Shown: positions 38,725-48,898 of the stretch, one piece after another | Numbering within the stretch: position 1 is the stretch's first letter | Layout of the letters: each line of letters opens with the position of its first letter | DNA from: Chloroflexota bacterium | GTDB taxonomy: Bacteria > Chloroflexota > Anaerolineae > UBA1429 | NCBI GenBank assembly: GCA_012719135.1 | Contig: JAAYAW010000047.1 | Span: forward strand, 22,282-86,281 | Length of the DNA: 64,000 nt | Direction of reading: 5' to 3' | Position numbers and translations under genes: made by a program | The notes under the pieces: generated by a model | Databases searched by the model: none | Told to the model about the DNA's origin: nothing | The model's input: only the letters and a program-made list of their open reading frames with translations

Positions 38725-41700
38725 CTATATCCCCAGGAAGAGCTGAGCAAAGCTGCCACCCAGCCCCTCGCCCATCTTGGAGACGAAAAAGTCCATCACC
38801 AGCTGGGCAGGCTTTTCAAATACGTGCGTCATTCCCCCGGTGATGCCTCCGGCAAGCGCGCCGATCACCGCCGACCGGATGATATCTCCGCCATCCACAT
38901 CTCCCAGGGAGCGACCGTCTAGGAAGAGCTGGCTCAGAAAGCTCTCAGCCGCGCCGGTCGCCGCACCACCCACGACCCCCCCCGCGATGCCGGCCGCCGC
39001 GCTGGAGAGACCCATCGCCCCAAAGAGCGCCCCGGTGCCGAGACCCAGGGCATAGCCGCCTGCCCCAACGGCGGCGCCGATCGCGGCGCCCACGGCGATC
39101 CGGCGCGCCATCTCCCACCCGCTGAAGCATTCCCAGGTGGTCGAGAAGGCATAGCTGGCCCCGCTGTAGGAGGCGTAAAAGGCCGCTCCGATCACAGCGG
39201 CGGCGATGATCAGCGGCACCAGCTCTCCGGTGGGATCGTTATAGCGCAGGGGATTGTTCAGGCCGAACTGGTACCCGTTCAGAGAGCCGGTCACATAGGG
39301 TGCGCGCACGGGATCGGGCGAGATAAAGCGCCCGATCTCCGGATCGTACCAACGAGCGCGCACGTCGTACAGCCCCGTGTCAACCTCGTAGTCACGCCCC
39401 TGAAAGCCCGGCAGGGGAACAGTGGAGGCAGCCTCCCCCTCGTCTCTGTCCAACGGCACCCCCCAGGGATCATAGGCCGCCTGCACAACCTGAGCCCCCG
39501 ACGCATCCACCGCGCCGCTGACCGTGCCCTGGGCATCCGCCACGGGATAAAGGGAGGACAAGGCCTCGCCATCCTCTGCCGGTACAGCCAGCGCGGCCCA
39601 CTCATCCCAGCGCGCACCCGGTTGGCGAAGCTGCTGGAGCGCGCCTCGCTCGTCCAACGTGGCTATGGCGTGAGCGCCATCGAACTGCGTCACCTCCAAC
39701 GAGCCATCACCACGGGTCGTCTCTACTCGCTCCCCCGTCAACGCGTACCGGTACCGAGCGACAGGCGTGCCCTGAGCGGTATCCAGCGGGAAGGGCAGCC
39801 GCTCTGTGGACTGATCCGTGACCGAGACGAGCCGCCCCTGGTAGTCCCAGCCATAGCTGCGGGTTTGCCCGGCGCTCCTCTCACTCACCAGACGCCCGTT
39901 CCGGTCGTAGGCATAGTCCGTCTCGCCAGCGCTCAGGAGTTGGTGAGCTGCGTCGTACGCATAGAGCACAGGGGCGCTGGATCCCACCGCCAGAGACGTC
40001 CGGTTGCCGACGGCGTCATAGGCATAGGCGGTCCGCAGACCAGAGGGATCCTCATAGCCCGTCAGGCGATCAAGCGCATCATAGGCATAGGTGGAGGTAC
40101 CATCGGGTCCCGTGATAGCCACGGTGTTCCCCACCGCGTCATAGCCATACTTGACGGTGCGATCGAGCCCATCCCGAACACCCTGGAGGTACTGGCGCAC
40201 CTGTGTAACCCGGCCGAGGCGATCATAGCTCAGGGCGGTGCGAAGCGGCCCCGTTCGCACGTCCACACGCAGCGGAGCGAGTTGATTGGCGATCTCGTAC
40301 GTGTACTCGGTCTTGCCCAGGGGCCCCTCGATCCGCTTGAGCTCTCCGCAGGAGCCATACGCGTATTTCGTTCGCTCGCCGGTAGAGGTGCTCATCTCCG
40401 AGATCTGTCCGGAGGGGTCATAGCTGTATGTGACCCAGCTGGTTCTTCCGGCGCGGGCGTCCGCCACGGTAAGGACACGTCCCGCGCTATCCCGCTGGTA
40501 CGTGCGGGTGAGCCCCTGACCGCTCAAGGAGGTGACACGGCCAGCAGCATCATAGGAGAGCCGCCAGGCCTCTCCGTTCGGGTAGGTCACTGTCAGCGGC
40601 CTGCCCAAGTCATCGTTCTGCAGCGTGATGCGGTCACCGCGAGCATCGATACGGGCCAGCAGCTCTCCCTGGCTGCCCCACACAAAGCTGGTTCTCCTGC
40701 CCAGGGGGTCGATGACATCCAAGACCCGGCCGGCATGGTCATAGGCATAGCTCGTGGTACTGCCGAGCGGATCGGTAACCGCCTCGATGCGGTTGAGGGC
40801 ATCATAGGCGTACAGGGTCTCGCCACCCAACGGATCCACCTGCCGGACCACGCGCCCGGCAGCATCGTACTCCACGGAGCGTGTACGCCCGAGGGCGTCG
40901 GTCACGCTAATCAGGCGGCCAGCCTCGTCATACCCGTACCGGGTTTCGCCGCCGGCAGGATCCACCGTGGTGGCCAGGAGCCCCCGAGGGTCATAGCGGT
41001 AGGCGATGACGTTCGCATCGCCTTCGCGCTCAGGATCACCCTGCCCGTTCCAGTTCCAGATCATTGCGCTCGGCTGGCCATAGGGAGAGAGACCTTCGTC
41101 GTAGACGTAATACCAGCGCAAGCCGCCGTGCTCCACCCCGGTGCGCCGGCCCTGGCTGTCATAGCGCCAGGAGAGCGCCGATTGTCCCTGTACGCCGATC
41201 GACACCAGTGTCCAGTAGCCACCGATCTGCCGGTATCCGTAGCTGACCGCCGGAAGTGGCGATTGTGTGACGCGTTCGACCAGAGCCGTTCCGGCATGGT
41301 ACGTATAGTCCGTCGTCAGGCCATCGGCATCCGTCTCGGAGAGCAACAAGCCGCGTGACTCTCCCCAGCCCCAGGTTCGCTTCCAGACATACCAGGTGCT
41401 CCCGCCATCAGGGCTGCGCATCGTCTGAACCACACGGCCGTGGGCATCATAGGCGTAGCGATGCTCAGAGGTTTCCGTGCCATCTGCCGCTACATAGGTA
41501 ACCACGGTCGTTCCAAGAACAGGCGCCCTGGCGGCCACGTCGGCAGCCGCGTACGGCTCCAGGTTGAGGACTGTCGCGAAGGTGACGCGGTGGCCGGCGG
41601 GATCAATCACCTCGACGAGCTGACCATCCTCGGCGTAGGCGTACCGGGTGGTGTAGCCCAGTGGGTCAGACTTGGCCGTCAGGCGGTGAGCGGCATCGTA

Positions 41701-42834
41701 GGCGAGGGTGTAGGTTCCGCCGAGAGGATCGGTCAGCGAAGCAAGGTCATCGTCCTGATAGCCCAGATCCCAGGTCGCACCGGATGCGTCCGTGATGGCG
41801 ATCAGATGCCCCCGATCGTAGGAGAGGGTCGTCTCTCGGGAGGCTTCATCACGGATAGAGGCGAGATGCCCTTCGTCGTCATAGGCAAAGGCTAGAAAGC
41901 GTCCGGTGGGCTCCTCCCAGCGGGTCACACGCCCGTCGGCGCTCAGCACCGTCAGGCCACGCACAGGGGCGCCATCGGCGCCGTTCCGCAGCCAGTGCCA
42001 GGTGCCGTCCGGCTGCTGACTGAGAGTATGTCCCGGGGCACTGGCGCAGTTGTACACGCCGCGCCTGCCCACGAACAACTGGTCAAAGCCAAAGGCATGG
42101 AGCAGGACACGCTCCGAATCGAGCACCTGCAATTGCACGTCATAGTTGTGCCACCAGTTGACGCCCAGGGGCCCCGACTCTGGCCGCTGCACGATGACGG
42201 GATGGAACGTGCTCCCCAGCCCCATCTCATTCTCGTAATGGATCTCCATGTCATAGACGCCGGCAGGCAAGAGCTCGCCGGTGTCTCGATCGGTAGTATC
42301 CCAGAGGGCCAGAGGTTGAGAGCCCTCGCCCCTAAAGACCCAGCCGGCGATCCGAATCTCCCAGCGCTCGATGGGCAGCAACGTGGGCACCCAGGCACTG
42401 AGGATCATGGGAACCGGCTGTGGCCGGCTATCATACCGGAGGACCAACGAAGGGCCCACGCTGCCCAGCGTATGGCTGAGGGTGAGTTTGCGCCCGGCAT
42501 AGGAGACGCTGGATCCGGCCGCCTCACCCTCCAGGCAGGTATCCTCATCCTCGTACAGGGAGTTGGTGTCGCCCGGGTCATGACAGAGGGGCGCGGAGAG
42601 GGGATCCCCGAGGGGAGCAGCCGCGGGCGCCGCCCAAGCCTGTGGAGACAGATCCTGAAAAGCGACAGCGGCACTCTCCAGCGCCTGGCCGATGCCCGGC
42701 GGCACGATCCCGGACAGCTCCTTCCTGGAGGAAATGACGAGGTGGGCGAGAGTCACGGGGACGCCAACCACCTGAAAGACGAGCGCGGTGAGCACCACCA
42801 GAGAGATCCGTTTGAGCCAGCTATTTCTTCGCAT
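38725..42834 (-). CDS. Rhs/YD-repeat polymorphic toxin-like protein with an N-terminal signal/anchor and a glycine-zipper C-terminal tip.
   Basis: MRRNSWLKRISLVVLTALVF signal. There are dozens of YD-type repeats (for example YAYDALGR, YGYDEAGRL, YEYDAAGRV, YAYDHAGRV, YSYDPSGQ). The RHS core end is RWYDPEIGRFISPDP...GLNNPLRYNDPTGE, followed by 165 aa rich in GxxxG/AxxxG. Confidence 0.9.
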   Translation of the reverse strand: MRRNSWLKRISLVVLTALVFQVVGVPVTLAHLVISSRKELSGIVPPGIGQALESAAVAFQDLSPQAWAAPAAAPLGDPLSAPLCHDPGDTNSLYEDEDTCLEGEAAGSSVSYAGRKLTLSHTLGSVGPSLVLRYDSRPQPVPMILSAWVPTLLPIERWEIRIAGWVFRGEGSQPLALWDTTDRDTGELLPAGVYDMEIHYENEMGLGSTFHPVIVQRPESGPLGVNWWHNYDVQLQVLDSERVLLHAFGFDQLFVGRRGVYNCASAPGHTLSQQPDGTWHWLRNGADGAPVRGLTVLSADGRVTRWEEPTGRFLAFAYDDEGHLASIRDEASRETTLSYDRGHLIAITDASGATWDLGYQDDDLASLTDPLGGTYTLAYDAAHRLTAKSDPLGYTTRYAYAEDGQLVEVIDPAGHRVTFATVLNLEPYAAADVAARAPVLGTTVVTYVAADGTETSEHRYAYDAHGRVVQTMRSPDGGSTWYVWKRTWGWGESRGLLLSETDADGLTTDYTYHAGTALVERVTQSPLPAVSYGYRQIGGYWTLVSIGVQGQSALSWRYDSQGRRTGVEHGGLRWYYVYDEGLSPYGQPSAMIWNWNGQGDPEREGDANVIAYRYDPRGLLATTVDPAGGETRYGYDEAGRLISVTDALGRTRSVEYDAAGRVVRQVDPLGGETLYAYDALNRIEAVTDPLGSTTSYAYDHAGRVLDVIDPLGRRTSFVWGSQGELLARIDARGDRITLQNDDLGRPLTVTYPNGEAWRLSYDAAGRVTSLSGQGLTRTYQRDSAGRVLTVADARAGRTSWVTYSYDPSGQISEMSTSTGERTKYAYGSCGELKRIEGPLGKTEYTYEIANQLAPLRVDVRTGPLRTALSYDRLGRVTQVRQYLQGVRDGLDRTVKYGYDAVGNTVAITGPDGTSTYAYDALDRLTGYEDPSGLRTAYAYDAVGNRTSLAVGSSAPVLYAYDAAHQLLSAGETDYAYDRNGRLVSERSAGQTRSYGWDYQGRLVSVTDQSTERLPFPLDTAQGTPVARYRYALTGERVETTRGDGSLEVTQFDGAHAIATLDERGALQQLRQPGARWDEWAALAVPAEDGEALSSLYPVADAQGTVSGAVDASGAQVVQAAYDPWGVPLDRDEGEAASTVPLPGFQGRDYEVDTGLYDVRARWYDPEIGRFISPDPVRAPYVTGSLNGYQFGLNNPLRYNDPTGELVPLIIAAAVIGAAFYASYSGASYAFSTTWECFSGWEMARRIAVGAAIGAAVGAGGYALGLGTGALFGAMGLSSAAAGIAGGVVGGAATGAAESFLSQLFLDGRSLGDVDGGDIIRSAVIGALAGGITGGMTHVFEKPAQLVMDFFVSKMGEGLGGSFAQLFLGI

Positions 42835-42853
42835 CCTGCCCCCCTACCGGAGA

Positions 42854-43648
42854 TCAGTCTCCGTTGGCCACGGTTACATGCAGCCAATCGCTCCCGGCAT
42901 GGTCACGCAAGTCATTGAACGTCACGGCCAGACGGTACGTGCCGTCGGGGATATTGCGGGTATCCCAGGCCTGGCAGAACGTGTCCGCGGGAACGCGCCC
43001 ATCCCAGGCTGTACGTCCGTCCAGATACACAACAACATGATACTCGCCCGAGGGAATCCCACGCGCGACGCCGAGCGCCGCACACACGTCCACAACACCG
43101 TAGAGTGTCTCCCCCTCGCTCGGGCTCACCAGGGTGACATCGAGATCGCGGCAGCCACCCCGTTCATGTGTAAAGTGCTTCTCCGCCGGGTAGCGAAGCG
43201 CAAGAAGCGCATCCCGATCCCAAAGAACGGGCTCCCCGCTCTCCAGGGCCGGCTCTGCGTCCAGAACCACCGAGACGCCGCGCGGGGCCACGGGGTCACC
43301 CTTGTGATCCAGGCCGTCCCAACTCTCCGTCTGGCGCCCGGTACCGCGCTCCGCCCAGTCCAGCAGGGTGCGCAGAATGACGCCCGGGCACTCGCTGTCT
43401 ACGATGCGCAGCCTCACCCGTGCGGGAGCATCCACAGTGTAGCTCAGGGCAAAGGGCGGCGCACCGGCCTCACGCAGAGACGTGACATCCAGGGCGCTCA
43501 TCCGGGGGTAAACGGCGATGGGCTCGGCTGCCTGCACGCCTGCGCTTTCGCTCGCTCGAGGAGCCTCCTGGCCAACTGCGCAGCCGGCCGCCAGAAGCGC
43601 GCCAAGCGCGGCCATCATGTGGAGGAGGAGACGACAGCGGAGCCTCAC
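42854..43648 (-). CDS. Exported lipoprotein with FlgD-Ig-like motifs.
   Basis: MRLRCRLLLHMMAALGALLAAGC lipobox. Motifs ESWDGLDHKGDPVAPRG and WDTRNIPDGTYRLAVTF resemble the WDGxDxxGxxxxxGxY signature. The GTG start overlaps the TGA of the upstream permease (GTGA). Confidence 0.6.
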   Translation of the reverse strand: MRLRCRLLLHMMAALGALLAAGCAVGQEAPRASESAGVQAAEPIAVYPRMSALDVTSLREAGAPPFALSYTVDAPARVRLRIVDSECPGVILRTLLDWAERGTGRQTESWDGLDHKGDPVAPRGVSVVLDAEPALESGEPVLWDRDALLALRYPAEKHFTHERGGCRDLDVTLVSPSEGETLYGVVDVCAALGVARGIPSGEYHVVVYLDGRTAWDGRVPADTFCQAWDTRNIPDGTYRLAVTFNDLRDHAGSDWLHVTVANGD

Positions 43649-45222
43649 GTTGCGCCCCGGCCCCGGGCGAGGGCCCAGGCGCCCAACGAGCCCAGCACGG
43701 CCAGCGCTATCAGCGAGAGGGCCAGCGCGGCCACGTGCTCTGCCAGCCCGTCATGCTGCAGCGTATAGAGACGAACGGCCAGGGTATCATCGCCGGGGGC
43801 ATGCACGAGCACGGTGGCCTCGAGCTCGGTCATGGCTCGGAAACAGGCCAGGGCACAGGCGGAGCCCATCGCGCTTCGGAGGAGAGGAAGCCGGATGTGG
43901 CCACTGAGATCGCGTTCCGAGGCACCAGCCACCTGGGCGGCCTCCTCGATCTCGCGAGGAAGGCGCCGCCAGCCGGAGGAGAGAGCCAAAGCCGCCAGGG
44001 GGAGCGCCCGAAGGGCCATGCAGAAGAGGACCATCAACGGGCTGCCGTAGACCCATCCAGCCCATCCGCCCCGGTTGAACAGGCGAATCAGCCCCATACC
44101 CACGGCGACGCCCGGCACTACCAGCAGCGCCACGTTCAGGGCCTGCATCACGCCAGCCGCCGCCGGTCGAGCGCGACTCATTAGCCGGGCCACCGGCCAG
44201 GCGAGCAGGCAGCCCAATATGGCGCCCAGAGGACCGTAGAGCGCCGTATTGGCGATCTGTCGCCGGGCGCTTGACCAGGCCGCCAGGAAATCCGCCACCG
44301 CCGGGGCTCGGAAAGACAGGGCCAGCAGCGGCACGGCAGTTGCCAGCAAGGCCGGAAACAGCAGCAGAATGAAAGCTGGCCACCGGCATCCGCCGAGAGA
44401 GAAGGGGCGCCTGATCCCCGCCGTGAAATGCAGGGGGGTGGCGCCCTGGCGCCCGGTAAGCCGCAGGAAGAGCAAGAGCCCCACTGCAGACAGGATCGCG
44501 AGGGGCAGCAGAGCTCTCATCCCTCCGCCAACATCGTAAAAGGCGCCAAAGCGCAGCATCACTTGGGCAGTATAGACGGGCACTCCCAGAAAAGAGCATA
44601 CGCCATAGTCCCCGAGAACCAGCAGCACCAGGACGAGAGCCGCGGCCGCCACAGCCGGCACAAGCGCAGGGCCGATGACGCCCCTCAGCACGGCCTTAGC
44701 CCCGCCATCCAGGATGGCGTGGTCGATCAAGTCCGCGTCCAGACTGGCCAGGCCCGCCTGCGCCATGAGAGCAATCAACGGATAGCCCCATAGCCCGAGC
44801 ACCCAGATGGCACCGAAGGGAGAGAGGAAACCCATGAACGGCTCCGCGTTCAGCAAGCGCCCGAGAAACGTACCCCAACTCCCGCGCGGCCCCAGCAGAT
44901 GCAGCCAGCCGATCGTCGCGATATAGGGCGGCACCAGCAGCGGGGCGATGGCCAGCGACCGCAGCACGCCACGCGCCGGGACATCTGTGCAGGCCATCAC
45001 CAGTGCAACGGGCACCCCTATGGCCGTGGCAAGGGCTGTGGAGCCGATGGCTACGACAAGCGAGCGAGACAGAACCTGCGCCGATGCGGCACCGGAATAG
45101 CCGAACCCCGGGGATGAGGTGATAGCGGCGGGCACGAGAGCCAGCATTGGTGCCCAGCAGGCACACATGACCGCCCACGGAGCAAAGCCTTGCCAGACCC
45201 GCTGGGCCCGCGAGAGGATCAT
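43645..45222 (-). CDS. Fe(III)/thiamine-type ABC importer permease (duplicated, two-module permease).
   Basis: About 12 TM segments in two halves. I chose the ATG at 45222 (MILSRAQRVW). The longer version in the ORF track overlaps the SBP gene. Confidence 0.85.
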   Translation of the reverse strand: MILSRAQRVWQGFAPWAVMCACWAPMLALVPAAITSSPGFGYSGAASAQVLSRSLVVAIGSTALATAIGVPVALVMACTDVPARGVLRSLAIAPLLVPPYIATIGWLHLLGPRGSWGTFLGRLLNAEPFMGFLSPFGAIWVLGLWGYPLIALMAQAGLASLDADLIDHAILDGGAKAVLRGVIGPALVPAVAAAALVLVLLVLGDYGVCSFLGVPVYTAQVMLRFGAFYDVGGGMRALLPLAILSAVGLLLFLRLTGRQGATPLHFTAGIRRPFSLGGCRWPAFILLLFPALLATAVPLLALSFRAPAVADFLAAWSSARRQIANTALYGPLGAILGCLLAWPVARLMSRARPAAAGVMQALNVALLVVPGVAVGMGLIRLFNRGGWAGWVYGSPLMVLFCMALRALPLAALALSSGWRRLPREIEEAAQVAGASERDLSGHIRLPLLRSAMGSACALACFRAMTELEATVLVHAPGDDTLAVRLYTLQHDGLAEHVAALALSLIALAVLGSLGAWALARGRGAT

Positions 45223-45229
45223 TGTGACG

Positions 45230-46249
45230 TCACTGCAGGACGAGCTCTGCCAGCTCGGCACAGACGCCATCCATCGCCTGGCCGATCGCCGCGAAGTCGA
45301 CGGACATTGCCCGGATCTGATCGAGTGAACGAACACCCTCCGGTACGGGCACGCCAGGATGCAGGGGGATCTGAGCGGAGCGCGAAGCCGCCAGGACCGC
45401 CTCCGTCTCAGGGCGAAGCATATAGTCCACGAATCGCCGCCCCTCATCGGGATGGGGGCCTCCCGCGATGAGGGCAATGGTGTTGGGGATCAGCATGGCA
45501 CCGATGCCGTCCTGATCCGGGTACACAATAGCGACGGGGAGGCCATCGGCCATAGCCTCGAAAGCGTCCGATGTATCGATCACGCCCACGGCCATGGCCC
45601 CCTGGGAGACGATGTCTCGTACGGCGGTGTTGCCCACAACGATCCGGGCGTCGTTGGCAATCAGATCGCTCAGCCAGGTGAGAGCGGCATCGCGGCCCAG
45701 TGCCAGATAGAGCGCCGTGTGGTGGCTCGCCATGGTGCCGAGATAGGGCGTGCCGAGGGCCACCTGCCCGCGCCAGCGCTCGTCGGAAAGCTCAAAGATC
45801 GAACGAGGCGCCTGGTCCGCGGGAACAAGATCGGTGTTGTAGATGATCACGCGGGCACGCGCGCTAAAGCCTGTCCAGTACCCGTCCGGGTCCCGAAAGG
45901 CAACCGGGATCGATTCTGCACCCGGGGATTGGAAGGGAGCAAGGATCCCGGCCTGCTGAAGCACGACCGTTCGCCCGGTATCCGAGCTCCAGAAGACGTC
46001 CGCTCGGGGATGGTTCCGCTCCTCCAGCAGGCGGTTGGTCAGCCCGACGGTCTTGGTAGCGCCCGTGTCGTAGATCGCCTCCACGCGGATACCCGTCTCC
46101 CGTTCAAAGGCGTTCAGCACCGGCTCGGCATAAAGCTGGTCACGAGAGCAGTAGACGACGACAGAGGGTGAGGCCGGGCGACAGCCGGCAAATACAGCGA
46201 GAGAGAGAAGAACACACAGCCAGTGGCACACGGGGGCTCGACGCTGCAT
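45230..46249 (-). CDS. Fe(III)-type ABC importer substrate-binding lipoprotein.
   Basis: LSLAVFAGC lipobox. VVVYCSRDQLYAEPVLNAFERETGIRVEAIYDTGATKTVGLTNRLLEE...ADVFWSSD is typical of the FbpA/AfuA-like family. Confidence 0.85.
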   Translation of the reverse strand: MQRRAPVCHWLCVLLSLAVFAGCRPASPSVVVYCSRDQLYAEPVLNAFERETGIRVEAIYDTGATKTVGLTNRLLEERNHPRADVFWSSDTGRTVVLQQAGILAPFQSPGAESIPVAFRDPDGYWTGFSARARVIIYNTDLVPADQAPRSIFELSDERWRGQVALGTPYLGTMASHHTALYLALGRDAALTWLSDLIANDARIVVGNTAVRDIVSQGAMAVGVIDTSDAFEAMADGLPVAIVYPDQDGIGAMLIPNTIALIAGGPHPDEGRRFVDYMLRPETEAVLAASRSAQIPLHPGVPVPEGVRSLDQIRAMSVDFAAIGQAMDGVCAELAELVLQ

Positions 46250-46296
46250 GTAGTCCCACCTGGATGCGCGGCCTAGAGGGAGGTGCCAACACACCC

Positions 46297-46326
46297 ATTA
46301 TAGCGATTGCCGGCCAACCGAGTCAA
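46297..46326 (-). promoter_or_regulatory. Near-consensus sigma70-type promoter for the ABC importer / lipoprotein / Rhs unit.
   Basis: On the minus strand: TTGACT (46321-46326), 18-nt spacer, TATAAT (46297-46302). It lies about 47 nt upstream of the ATG at 46249. Confidence 0.5.
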
Positions 46327-46377
46327 CGGGCGGGCCGGGACCGCCCCACTGGAGATGCGCTCTGCGCCTGGCGAAGC

Positions 46378-47183
46378 CTACGGAAAGAGCGCCAGCGGCA
46401 GGGAACCCAAGCCCAGCCTGAGGCGTGCGTAGAGATAGCCGGCGGCGAGGATCCCAAGCGCGATCAGGCCACCGATGTCCGATGGCCGCAGGCGCAGGCG
46501 CCGTAGAAAGGTGCGGTGGGGCATTGCGCCCAGCGCCCTCGACTCGAGACCATAGGATACGCTCTGGGAGGTGCGCAGCGCCGTGATCACCATAGCCACG
46601 GTGATGGGTATGTAGGCGCGCATGCGCTTGAGGAATCCTCCGGCGTGCAGGTCCAGACCACGAGCCTGCTGAGCCTCGGAGATGGCCCGAAAGACGCCCG
46701 CCATGGTGGGAAGGTAACGCAGCGCCATGCCCGCGGTGAACCCCCAGGTGAACGGCAGACCGAGGGCCACCAGGCCCAACACGAGGCGTTCGGAATCGGT
46801 GGTATAAAGCCAAACAAAGACGGTAAAGGCCAACGCCGCGATGCGCAAACCGATGGCAGCCCCCTGCGCCAGGTTCGCCGGCCCCAGGCGAAGGGCGCCC
46901 CACTCGAACCAGGCGGGGCCAACGGGTTCGTTGAAGACGGTCCAGAGAACGCTCACTAGCAATACCGTGGGCAGCGTGACGCGCCAAACCGAGGCTACTC
47001 TTGCGGCGCCGACTCCGGAGACAAGCAGAATCAGGTGAAGCAGCAGGAGCATCCCCAGAATAAGCCAGAGGTTCACCGTCAGCAGCAGGCAAAGCGAGCT
47101 GCAGAGTACAAAGGCCAGCTTGAGCCGGGGATCGGCGTCATGCAGCCACGATCGGCCCGGCTGGTAGAGCTCGTACACTGGGC

Positions 47184-47187
<4 letters not shown>
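46378..47187 (-). CDS. ecfT: ECF transporter transmembrane (T) component.
   Basis: YQPGRSWLHDADPRLKLAFVL and the ARG-containing coupling helices (...QQARGLD...). 4-nt overlap with ecfA2. Confidence 0.85.
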
Positions 47188-48022
<835 letters not shown>

Positions 48023-48026
<4 letters not shown>

Positions 48027-48898
48027 TGCTCGTCCTCCAGCTCCCGCCTCAGAACAGCCTCACCTTCATCCACGGTAAGGAAGGACGCCACACCGTATTG
48101 TTGGCGCAACGTGCCCGAGAGCAAGGTGAGCTGAGGCGCAGCCACGCCCGCGGCCCGCATGACATCACGATCTTCGAACAACTCACGCGGGGAGCCGTCG
48201 CAGGCAATCCGACCGTCAACCATGAGAGCCAGGCGATCGGCATAGGCGGCGACATGTTCAGCGTCCTGGCTCACCATGACGATCGTCATGCGGCGATCCT
48301 GGCGCAGTTGCTCGATGACGCGAAAGACCTCGCGACGCCCGAGTGGATCCAGCGCCGCGGTGGGTTCGTCCAGGATAAGGACTTGCGGGAGCATGGCCAG
48401 CGCGGCAGCGATCGCCACACGCTGCTTCTGGCCGCCGGAAAGGTGCGCGGGGGCACGCCCCCGGTATGCCGACATGCCAACGACTGTGAGAGCCCACTCC
48501 ACGCGCTCGCGGATCTCATCGGGTGGTACGGCCAGGTTTTCCGGACCGAAAGCGACTTCAGCCTCCACGGTCGCCGAATACAGCTGGCTCTCTGGATCCT
48601 GGTAGACAATGCCCACATGCCTGGCAAGCTGGGCAACCGGTGTGCGGCGTGCATCCAGCCCCAGCACGGTGACACTCCCGCCGATAACGCCTCCCGTAGC
48701 CTGTGGCACGATCCCGTTCAGCGCCAGGCAGAGCGTCGACTTGCCAACTCCGGCGGCTCCCATCAGCGCGAGAAACTCGCCCACCTGCACGTCCAGGTCC
48801 ACGCCACGCAGAACCAACTCCGGCGCGTGCCCGGGAATGAGGGCCGGGTAGCGGTAGGTGAGGCCCCTTACGGCGATGACTGGCGCAGGCTCACTCAC
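48023..48898 (-). CDS. ecfA1: ECF transporter ATPase A1.
   Basis: GAAGVGKST, LSGGQKQRVAIA, ILDEPTAALD and VSQD. Confidence 0.9.

Noticed and set aside
39622-41358. 578-aa ORF on the plus strand inside the Rhs gene.
   Set aside because: It is antisense to a gene with unmistakable YD-repeat/RHS signatures. Its translation is Arg/Gly/Ala/Pro-rich low complexity with no motifs. Long open antisense frames are expected in GC-rich DNA.
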